This document shows, piece by piece, positions 38,732 to 46,375 of a stretch of 46,375 nt of DNA. Origin of the DNA: Deltaproteobacteria bacterium (lineage in GTDB: Bacteria; Myxococcota_A; UBA9160; SMWR01); NCBI GenBank assembly GCA_024638705.1, contig JAHEJV010000004.1, positions 1-46,375 on the forward strand. Direction: 5' to 3'. Position 1 is the stretch's first letter. The number at the start of each line of letters is the position of its first letter. The notes under the pieces were generated by a model. That model worked only from the letters and a program-made list of their open reading frames with translations. It made no database searches and was not told the origin of the DNA. Made by a program: the position numbers and the translations under genes.

Positions 38732-41152
38732 TTGAGCGACGAAGAACGAGACCAGACCCGCGAGACCAGCGGGGGCGGCGGCACCGAGATCGCGGTGGAG
38801 AGCGGTGGCGGAGAAGAGAGCTCCGTCGTCGAGCTCCCCGGCGTGCTGCCGATCCTCCCGCTCAAGAACACGGTGCTCTTCCCGCATCTGCTGTCGCCGC
38901 TGCTCGTGAACACCGACCGCTCGCGGAAGTTGATCGACGAGGTGTTGCGCAGCCCCGACCGCCTGCTCTTGAGCGTGGCCGTGCGCGGTCCCGTCGAAGC
39001 GAGCCCCGGGCCCGACGACGTCTACCGGGTCGGCACGGTGATGCGCATCGCGAAGATGCTGAAGTTCCCGGACGACTCGTATCGCCTGCTGGTGCAGGGC
39101 GTCGCCCGCGCGCGGGTGGAGACCGTCGTCGGCGAGGATCCGTTCATGACCGGGCGCGTGTCGCGTCTCGACGACGCGGGCGATCTCGACTCCGTCGAGC
39201 TGACCGCGATGGCGCGCAATCTCGCCCAGGAGTTCATCGCCCTCGTCGGCGCGAGCCCGCGTCTCTCCGACGAGCTCCAGGTGCTCGCCCAGGGCGTCGA
39301 CGATCCCTCGAAGCTCGCCGACCTCGTCGCATCGCATCTCGACGTCGACGTGTCCGGGAAGCAGGAGCTGCTCGAGGAGGTCGACGTGCGTCAGCGCCTC
39401 GAGCGGGTGCTCGCCGAGGTGTCGCGCGAGAAGGACGCCCACAAGGTCGAGAGCGAGATCCGCGAGAAGGTGCAGACCGACATCGGCCGCACCCAGCGCG
39501 ACTACATGCTGCGCCAGCAGCTCGAAGCGATCCGTCAGGAGCTCGGCGAGCGCGAGGACTCGGAGACGGAGATCGAGCGCCTGCGGGAGAAGATCGAGTC
39601 GGCCGGCATGCCGGAAGAGGCGCACGATCAGGCGAAGCGCGAGCTCGACCGGCTTGCCCAGATGCCCGCCGCGGCCGCCGAGCATGGAGTGATCCGCACC
39701 TACATCGAGTGGATGGTCGACCTTCCGTGGCAGAAGTCGAGCGAGGACCGCCTCGATCCCGAGGAGGCGCGACGCATCCTCGACGAGGACCACTACGGCC
39801 TCGAGAAGGTGAAGGACCGCATCGTCGAGTACATCGCCGTGCTCTCGCTGAAGCGCGATCTGCGCGGCCCGATCCTGTGTTTCGTCGGGCCTCCCGGCAC
39901 GGGGAAGACGTCGCTCGGCCGCTCGATCGCGCGCGCCCTGGGGCGCGAATTCGAGCGCGTCTCGCTAGGCGGCGTGCGCGACGAGGCGGAGATCCGCGGA
40001 CATCGCCGCACCTACGTCGGCGCGCTCCCGGGACGCATCATCCAGAATCTCCGCCGCGCCGGGACGCGCAACCCGGTGTTCGTACTCGACGAGGTCGACA
40101 AGGTCGGCACCGACTACCGCGGCGACCCGTCGTCGGCGCTGCTCGAAGTGCTCGACCCGGAACAGAACGGCACGTTCAGCGATCACTATCTCGAAGTGCC
40201 CTTCGATCTCTCGAACATCCTGTTCATCGCCACCGCGAACCTGATGGATCCGGTGCCGCCGGCGCTGCGCGACCGCATGGAGGTGATCGAGCTGCCCGGC
40301 TACACCGCCGAGGAGAAGCTCGAGATCGCCAAGCGCTTCCTGGTGCCGCGGCAGCTCGCGGCGAACGGCGTCGCCGACGCTGGCGTCGATCTCCCCGACG
40401 ACACGCTGCGTCGGGTCATCGCGAGCTACACGCGCGAGGCGGGCGTCCGGAACCTCGAGCGCGAGATCGGCGCGATCGCACGCAAGCTGGCCCGCCGCAT
40501 CGCCGAGGGCGAAGACGGGAAATCGCTACGCGTGGCGCCCGACGACCTCGCCGAGCTGCTCGGGCCGGTGAAGTACGAGCCCGAGGTGGCCGAGCGCGCT
40601 GGAATCCCCGGCGTGGCGGTGGGCCTCGCCTGGACCCCGGCCGGCGGCGACATCCTCTTCGTCGAGTCCACGCGGATGCCGGGGAAGGGCGAGCTGAAGC
40701 TCACCGGCTCGCTCGGCGACGTGATGCGCGAATCGGCGGAAGCGGCTCGCTCCTGGCTGCGCGGGCGCGCCGAGGACTACGGCCTCGACCCCGACGCGTT
40801 CCGGAACTCCGACATCCATCTACACGTTCCCGCCGGCGCCGTCCCGAAGGACGGCCCCTCGGCGGGGATCGCGATGGTGACGTCGCTCGCTTCGCTGATG
40901 ACCGGGCGGTCCGGCCATCCCGACGTCGCGATGACCGGGGAGATCACGTTGCGCGGACGCGTGCTACCGGTCGGGGGCATCAAGGAAAAGGTGTTGGCCG
41001 CGAAGCGCGCGGGAGTCGCCCGCGTGGTGCTGCCCGAGCGCAATCGCAAGGATGTCGAAGAAGTCGAGGTGGAGCTCCTCGAGGGGCTCGACCTGCAATA
41101 CGTGGGAACCATCGATGAAGCTCTGGAGCACACCCTGCAGCCTGCCCATTGA
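38732..41152 (+). CDS. lon: ATP-dependent Lon protease
   Basis: LON N-domain, [21 protein letters not shown] (catalytic Ser), GGIKEK (catalytic Lys). Confidence 0.97.
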   Translation: MSDEERDQTRETSGGGGTEIAVESGGGEESSVVELPGVLPILPLKNTVLFPHLLSPLLVNTDRSRKLIDEVLRSPDRLLLSVAVRGPVEASPGPDDVYRVGTVMRIAKMLKFPDDSYRLLVQGVARARVETVVGEDPFMTGRVSRLDDAGDLDSVELTAMARNLAQEFIALVGASPRLSDELQVLAQGVDDPSKLADLVASHLDVDVSGKQELLEEVDVRQRLERVLAEVSREKDAHKVESEIREKVQTDIGRTQRDYMLRQQLEAIRQELGEREDSETEIERLREKIESAGMPEEAHDQAKRELDRLAQMPAAAAEHGVIRTYIEWMVDLPWQKSSEDRLDPEEARRILDEDHYGLEKVKDRIVEYIAVLSLKRDLRGPILCFVGPPGTGKTSLGRSIARALGREFERVSLGGVRDEAEIRGHRRTYVGALPGRIIQNLRRAGTRNPVFVLDEVDKVGTDYRGDPSSALLEVLDPEQNGTFSDHYLEVPFDLSNILFIATANLMDPVPPALRDRMEVIELPGYTAEEKLEIAKRFLVPRQLAANGVADAGVDLPDDTLRRVIASYTREAGVRNLEREIGAIARKLARRIAEGEDGKSLRVAPDDLAELLGPVKYEPEVAERAGIPGVAVGLAWTPAGGDILFVESTRMPGKGELKLTGSLGDVMRESAEAARSWLRGRAEDYGLDPDAFRNSDIHLHVPAGAVPKDGPSAGIAMVTSLASLMTGRSGHPDVAMTGEITLRGRVLPVGGIKEKVLAAKRAGVARVVLPERNRKDVEEVEVELLEGLDLQYVGTIDEALEHTLQPAH

Positions 41153-42020
41153 GCGGGCGCTGATCGGACTCGCCATCGCCGCGTTCGCCACGGGCTGCGT
41201 CACGCGCGGCAAGCACGTCGAAGTGGTGGACGAGCGCGATCGCCTGCAGCAGAAGGTCGCCGACCTCGAGCGCACGAACGAAGCGCTCGGGGGCGAGCGG
41301 CTCAAGCTGCTCGACGAGATGGAGGATCTCCGCGTCGCGCGCGAGGAGCTGAACGCCGAGGTCGACGAACTGACGTCGCTGCGCGACCAGCTCGCCGAGA
41401 ACCTCGCCAAGCGCGAGGCCGAGGTGGAAGAGCTCGCGAAGAAATCGACGACCTACGAGGAGCTCGTGAAGGACCTCGAGTCGGAGGTCTCCGCGGGGCA
41501 GATCCAGATCACCCAGCTCCGCGACGGCCTGCGGCTCAACCTCGCCCAGGACATCCTGTTCCGCTCGGGCTCGTCGACGCTCGAGCCCTACGGCGTCAAG
41601 GTGCTGATGAAGGTGTCGAGCCAGCTCGCGCGCCATCCGCAGCAGGTCGAGGTGCAGGGCCACTCCGACGACGTGCCGCTGTCGAACTCGCTCGCGGCGC
41701 GCTGGGGCACGAACTGGGAGCTCGCGGCGGCGCGCGCTTCGCAGGTGGTGCGTCTGTTCGAGGCGGAAGGGGTCGATCCGACGCGACTGCGGGCCGTGTC
41801 CTACGGGAGCCACAACCCGGTCGCGTCCAACGACACGGCCGAGGGACGCGCGCAGAACCGACGCATCGAGATCCGCCTGATCCCGATCGACGCGCCGCAG
41901 CCGGGCGGCGATCCGGTGGAAGAGCCGGAAGGAGCGCCTGCGGCGGCGGACACTGGAGCGCCTTCGGCGGCAGGCCCCGGAGCGTCCGCGGCGGAGGCGA
42001 CGCCCGAAACCGCGTCGTGA
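41115..42020 (+). CDS. OmpA/MotB-family peptidoglycan-binding lipoprotein with coiled coil
   Basis: Lipobox ATGC, long coiled coil, [21 protein letters not shown]. Start codon uncertain. Confidence 0.85.
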   Translation: MKLWSTPCSLPIERALIGLAIAAFATGCVTRGKHVEVVDERDRLQQKVADLERTNEALGGERLKLLDEMEDLRVAREELNAEVDELTSLRDQLAENLAKREAEVEELAKKSTTYEELVKDLESEVSAGQIQITQLRDGLRLNLAQDILFRSGSSTLEPYGVKVLMKVSSQLARHPQQVEVQGHSDDVPLSNSLAARWGTNWELAAARASQVVRLFEAEGVDPTRLRAVSYGSHNPVASNDTAEGRAQNRRIEIRLIPIDAPQPGGDPVEEPEGAPAAADTGAPSAAGPGASAAEATPETAS

Positions 42021-43336
42021 TCCGGGACGCGCGCGACGCGCTCGTCGCCGTCCACCGCGCCGCCCTCGCCGCCGTCGATCCCGCTCGCGCCGTCGACACC
42101 GCGCTGTGTCGATCCGGCGACGGCGTCACGATTGCGGGACGTCCCGTCCCGACCGACACGCCGATCTTCGTCCTGGCCGTGGGGAAGGCCGCCGGGGCGA
42201 TGGCCGAGGCGGCCGAGGCGACCCTTGGCGCCGCCTGTACCGGCGGGATCGCGCTGGTGCCCGACGGCGGCGAGCGTCCGCTCGCGCGCTGCACGGTGCG
42301 CGTCGCAAGCCATCCGCTTCCCGATGCGCGCGGCGAGGAAGCGACCCGGGAGATCCTCACCTGGCTCGGGGGGGTCCCGCGCGACGCCACGCTGCTCGTG
42401 CTGCTCTCGGGTGGCGGATCCAGTCTCCTGTGCGCGCCCGCCGAGGGGATCGCGCTGTCCGACGTGGCGGCGACGGTCGACTTGCTGATGCGCGCCGGTG
42501 CGTCGATCGACGAGCTGAACGCGGTCCGCAAGCATCTGTCCGCCGCGACCGGCGGTCGGCTCGCCGTCGCGACGGCGGCGCAGCGCGTGGAGGTGTTGGC
42601 GATCTCCGACGTCGTTTCCGATCGCCTCGACGTGATCGCGTCGGGTCCGTTCGCGCCCGACCCGACGCGCTACGCCGACGCGCGCGCGGTCCTGGATCGC
42701 TGCGACCCCGACCGCCGGGCGCCCGAGGTCATCCGCGCGCACCTCGCCGCGGGCGTTCGCGGCGAGCGTGGCGAAACCCCGGATGCGGCAGCCCCGGCCT
42801 TCGCGCGTGTGCGACACACGATCGTGGCGAGCAACGACGAGGCGGTGCGGGCGGCTTGTGTCGCCGCCGAGGCGCGCGGCTGGCGTAGCGTCGCGCTGCC
42901 GCGTCGGCTCACGGGCGAAGCGCGCGACCTCGCGGAGCCGCTCGTCGCGCGTGCGGATGCCGAGGTCGGCGCCGCGCCGGTCTGCCTCGTCGCCGGAGGC
43001 GAGACCGTCGTTACCGTGCGCGGGAGAGGGAAGGGCGGGCGCAGCCAGGAGCTCGCCCTCGCGGCGGCGCTCGCGATCGAGGGGCGCACCGACGTGGCGA
43101 TCCTCGCCGCGGGCACGGACGGAGCCGACGGTCCGACGGACGCCGCAGGGGCCTACGCCGACGGCGGGACCGTCGCGCGCGGGCGCGCGGCCGGCGTGGA
43201 CGCGCGCCGCGCGCTCGCCGAGAACGATTCGCACGGTTTCTTCGCCGCCGAGGGCGGGCTCCTGCGCACGGGGCCGACCGGAACGAACGTCGCCGACCTC
43301 GCATTCGTGCTCCGCGACGCGGCCCGCTACAACTGA
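42017..43336 (+). CDS. Glycerate 2-kinase (GLYCTK/TtuD, MOFRL family)
   Basis: GKAA, LSGGGSSL, ISDV, IASGP, GGET, GKGGRSQE, GTDG.DG, TGTNV.D. Confidence 0.92.
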   Translation: MIRDARDALVAVHRAALAAVDPARAVDTALCRSGDGVTIAGRPVPTDTPIFVLAVGKAAGAMAEAAEATLGAACTGGIALVPDGGERPLARCTVRVASHPLPDARGEEATREILTWLGGVPRDATLLVLLSGGGSSLLCAPAEGIALSDVAATVDLLMRAGASIDELNAVRKHLSAATGGRLAVATAAQRVEVLAISDVVSDRLDVIASGPFAPDPTRYADARAVLDRCDPDRRAPEVIRAHLAAGVRGERGETPDAAAPAFARVRHTIVASNDEAVRAACVAAEARGWRSVALPRRLTGEARDLAEPLVARADAEVGAAPVCLVAGGETVVTVRGRGKGGRSQELALAAALAIEGRTDVAILAAGTDGADGPTDAAGAYADGGTVARGRAAGVDARRALAENDSHGFFAAEGGLLRTGPTGTNVADLAFVLRDAARYN

Positions 43337-43339
43337 CCC

Positions 43340-44734
43340 GTGGGCGGGGAGAGACGCAGACGCAGGAGCATCCGGGCGGCGGGCACTTCGTGGCTCGCGC
43401 TCGTCGTGCGCGGCGCGGTGCTGTTCGGGCTGATCGTCCGCGCCGCGGGGCTCTACGCACGGATGCGTCTCGCGTCGCGAGGCACCTGGCCGATCCGGGA
43501 CGCGGACCGCGAGCGCAAGCTCGTGCGCTTCGCATCGCGGTTCGTCGACGTCGCGACGCGCTACCGCGCCGGGCTGATCAAGCTCGGGCAGGTCGCCAGC
43601 CTGCGCGTCGAGGTGTTGCCCGAGGCGTTGACCCGCGAGCTCGCGCGCCTCCAGGACCGCGTCGCGCCGCATCCCTTCGAGGAGATCTCCGCGCGGATCG
43701 AGAGCGAGTGGGGCGAGCCGTGGAGCGCGCGTCTGGCCGACCTCTGGCCCGAACCGATCGCCGCCGCCAGCCTGGGTCAGGTGCACGAGGCGCGCGCGCT
43801 CGATGGTCGTCGCCTCGCGGTGAAGGTCCTCTATCCCGGAATCGAGCGGTCCGTCGCCGTCGACCTCATGATGGCCCGTCTCGCGCTCTGGCTCTTCGAC
43901 TTCGTCACGGTCGGCGATCTCGGCGAGGTCTATCGCCAGCTGCGCGATTCGATCCGCGGCGAGATGGACTACGAGCGGGAGGGAAGGGCGGCGGAGGAGG
44001 TGGCGAAGAATCTCGCCGCCGAGCCCGCGCTCTGGGAGCAGCTGCGCGTTCCCGCGATCGACTGGAAGCTCACGACGCGCCGCGTGCTCGCGATGGAGTT
44101 CATCGAGGGTGTGAAGATCAACGACATCGAGGGCGCGGCTTCACGCGGTGTGTCGCGCGACGAGCTGGTCGCGCGCGCGGGCCGCGCCTTCCTGCACATG
44201 ATGTTTCGCGACGGGTTCTTCCACTGCGATCCGCACCCGGGAAACCTGATCGTCGACGGCGAGGGCCGCATCGCGATCATCGATTTCGGCATGAACGAGC
44301 GCCTCGCGCCCAGCGTGCTGGCGGCGGTGCGTGACCACCTGCGCGCGTCGGTGCTGCGCGATCCCGACTTGTTCGCATCGTCGCTGGTCGACGCGGGTGC
44401 GATCGAGGCGCGCGTCGCGCCGGTCGCGCGGGAGATCGCCGAGATCGCCTTCGATCCCGAGCTCTACAACCTCACGCCGAGCGAGCTGGCGAATCTCGAC
44501 TTTGCGGCGCATTTCCAACGCATGCGCTCCCATCTCGACCGCCTCGAGAACTTCCGCCTCCCGCCGGGCATCGTGATGTGGTCGCGCGCGCTGTCGATCC
44601 TCTACGCGCTGATCGTCGAGCTGGCGCCGGGCATCCGACCGCTCGACGTGTTCGGCCCCTACGTGATGGAGTTCCTGCAAGGGCCGCCCCCGGAAGCGCC
44701 GACGCCGCGTGCGGCAGCGGGCGCGCGGGCGTAA
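43340..44734 (+). CDS. ABC1/UbiB/AarF atypical kinase
   Basis: IKLGQ, LQD, AAASLGQV, AVKV, HCDPHPGN, IDFG. Confidence 0.92.
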   Translation: MGGERRRRRSIRAAGTSWLALVVRGAVLFGLIVRAAGLYARMRLASRGTWPIRDADRERKLVRFASRFVDVATRYRAGLIKLGQVASLRVEVLPEALTRELARLQDRVAPHPFEEISARIESEWGEPWSARLADLWPEPIAAASLGQVHEARALDGRRLAVKVLYPGIERSVAVDLMMARLALWLFDFVTVGDLGEVYRQLRDSIRGEMDYEREGRAAEEVAKNLAAEPALWEQLRVPAIDWKLTTRRVLAMEFIEGVKINDIEGAASRGVSRDELVARAGRAFLHMMFRDGFFHCDPHPGNLIVDGEGRIAIIDFGMNERLAPSVLAAVRDHLRASVLRDPDLFASSLVDAGAIEARVAPVAREIAEIAFDPELYNLTPSELANLDFAAHFQRMRSHLDRLENFRLPPGIVMWSRALSILYALIVELAPGIRPLDVFGPYVMEFLQGPPPEAPTPRAAAGARA

Positions 44735-44745
44735 GATCGCGCGCC

Positions 44746-45222
44746 ATGACGGTGTCGCCCGAACTCTACAAGCAGGCGCTCGCGCGTTGGGCGACCGGAG
44801 TCACGATCGTCACGGCGCGCAGCGGAGATCGCGTTCACGGCATGACGGTCTCCGCTTTCACCGAGGTGTCCCTCGATCCGCCCCTCGTGCTCGTGTGCGC
44901 CGACCGCAGCTCGAACACGTTGCCGCTCGTTCGCGAGGGGGGTGTGTTCGCGGTGAACGTCCTGGCGCGCGATCAGGAGGCACTCTCGAACCGCTTTGCC
45001 TCGAAGAAGGAAGAGTGGACCCGCTTCGAGGGGCTCGAAACCGACACGGGCACGACCGGCGCGCCCCTGCTGCGCGGCGCGGTCGCCAACCTCGATTGCC
45101 GCGTGGCGGACATGCATGAGCACGGCGACCACGTCGTGCTCGTCGGCGCCGTCGAAGAGGTCCGCACCGCCGACCACGACCCGCTGCTCTACTTCCGCGG
45201 CGCCTACGGGGGCATCGCCTAG
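44746..45222 (+). CDS. Flavin reductase-like protein
   Basis: TGVTIVT, VSLDPPLV, GDH, PLLYFRG. Confidence 0.92.
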   Translation: MTVSPELYKQALARWATGVTIVTARSGDRVHGMTVSAFTEVSLDPPLVLVCADRSSNTLPLVREGGVFAVNVLARDQEALSNRFASKKEEWTRFEGLETDTGTTGAPLLRGAVANLDCRVADMHEHGDHVVLVGAVEEVRTADHDPLLYFRGAYGGIA

Positions 45223-45282
45223 CAGGCCGTCGCCCTTTTCGGCGCGCGCCGTGCTGTGCGTGGTGTGTGATAGCTTGGCGGC

Positions 45283-45930
45283 GTGGAGCCGCTCCGCTTC
45301 GTCGCGTACTCCGATTATCTCTGCCCGTGGTGCTACAACGCGTCACGCCGGCTGCATCGTCTCGAGTCGGAAGAGCCGGACGTGGTGATCACCTGGAAGA
45401 GCTATCTGCTCCGGCCGCGACCCACGGCGAACCGCGACCTCGAGAAGTTCCGGCGTTACACCGAGTCGTGGAAGCGTCCTGCGGCCGATCCGGACGCCGG
45501 GAACTTTCGCGTCTGGTCGACCGACGTCGGTCCGCCCACACACAGCGTTCCAGCGCATCTCGTCGCGAAGGCGGCTGCGGCGCTCGGCGCCGATGCCTTC
45601 CGCGCGGTGCACGACCGCCTCCTGGTCGCGTACTTCGAGGAGAACCGCGACATCTCCGACCCCGCGGCCCTGCGCGCCCTCTGGATCGAGGCGGGTCTGC
45701 CCGAGGCCGGGTTCGCGCGGCACGAGGATCCGGCCCTGCTCGACGCCGTGCTCGCCGACCACGCCGAGGCGATCGAGATGGGCGCGAACGGCGTGCCCGC
45801 GCTTCGCCAGGAGGGCCGCGACGCCGCCGTCACCGGGGCGCTGCCCTACGAGGCGTATCTGCGCTGGGTGCAGAAGATCCGCTCCCGCGCGGCCGAGGCG
45901 GGCGTTTCCACCCCCGGCGGAAAAGTGTGA
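45283..45930 (+). CDS. DsbA/FrnE-family thioredoxin-fold oxidoreductase
   Basis: SDYLCPWCY, GVPA, GA.PY. Confidence 0.88.
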   Translation: MEPLRFVAYSDYLCPWCYNASRRLHRLESEEPDVVITWKSYLLRPRPTANRDLEKFRRYTESWKRPAADPDAGNFRVWSTDVGPPTHSVPAHLVAKAAAALGADAFRAVHDRLLVAYFEENRDISDPAALRALWIEAGLPEAGFARHEDPALLDAVLADHAEAIEMGANGVPALRQEGRDAAVTGALPYEAYLRWVQKIRSRAAEAGVSTPGGKV

Positions 45931-45988
45931 ATTTCCGGTAAAGCCCGGGTCGCCGCCGTCCGATTCGCCTCAACAGGAGGGCGGTGGA

Positions 45989-46375
45989 ATGACTCGGATG
46001 TTCTGCTCGGTTTGTGGGATCACGGGCTTCGCCGAGACGCGCTGGCCGGGATCGGACGCGGCGGAGTCGCTCGGTTGGTGGCTCGGCGGACTTCCCGGAT
46101 TCCTGATCTGTGCATGGCGCCACGTGCTGCGTACCAAACACTGTGCGCTGTGCGGAAGCGCTGCGCTCGCGCGCGAAACGCGCGCGTCGGCAGCGCGTCA
46201 GCCGAGCGCGCCGCCGCATCTCGAGCGCGCGACCGGCGACGACGGGATGTGGCCCTCGCACTGGCGCGATCCCCGCGCGCGGCTGCGGCGCGGCGCCGGC
46301 TGCGTCGCGGCGTGGGGGCTGCTCGTGATCGGCTTGCCCGCAGTCGCCGCATGCGCCGCCGTGGCGTGGATCGCG
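45989..46375 (+). CDS. Membrane protein with LITAF-like split zinc ribbon, 3' end runs off the window
   Basis: Not in the ORF track. AGGAGG at 45975-45980, then ATG 45989: MTRMFCSVCG...SLGWWLGGLPGFLICAWRHVLRTKHCALCGS...WGLLVIGLPAVAACAAVAWIA, open to the window end. Confidence 0.65.
   Translation, partial: MTRMFCSVCGITGFAETRWPGSDAAESLGWWLGGLPGFLICAWRHVLRTKHCALCGSAALARETRASAARQPSAPPHLERATGDDGMWPSHWRDPRARLRRGAGCVAAWGLLVIGLPAVAACAAVAWIA

Noticed and set aside
41115-42020. Flagellar stator MotB
   Set aside because: Has a lipobox instead of the Asp-containing TM helix, and no motA or flagellar genes are nearby.

Overview
High-GC bacterial DNA. Gene content (deltaproteobacterial-type T2SS with gspN and a PilM-like gspL, MopE-type Cys repeats, short OPX plus separate beta-barrel) suggests Myxococcota or a related lineage; this is inference. 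There are four blocks. (1) 1-16668: a Wzx/Wzy-dependent exopolysaccharide locus. Its minus-strand operon encodes a priming phosphoglycosyl transferase fused to a degenerate GGDEF domain, Wzx, four glycosyltransferases, Wzy, two sulfotransferases and a co-polymerase truncated by the window edge, behind a sigma54-like promoter. Divergent from it are a short OPX, an outer-membrane beta-barrel, a Cys-rich Ig/NIDO-like lipoprotein and an alginate-lyase-like protein. (2) 16691-22943: HEAT protein, LACTB2-like MBL hydrolase, pmbA, tldD, HAD hydrolase and ArsR-methyltransferase regulator. (3) 22956-36054: type II secretion cluster gspCDEFGHIJKLMN, whose secretin carries a C-terminal SPOR-like domain. 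(4) 36379-end: dnaK-hsp20-lon, OmpA/MotB lipoprotein, glycerate kinase, ABC1 kinase, flavin reductase, DsbA/FrnE and a partial LITAF-like zinc protein. The best candidates for novelty are a putative sulfated EPS pathway whose first enzyme may be a c-di-GMP receptor, and a SPOR-fused T2SS secretin. No rRNA, tRNA, CRISPR or transposase was recognised. All calls come from motif reading; no database searches were run.
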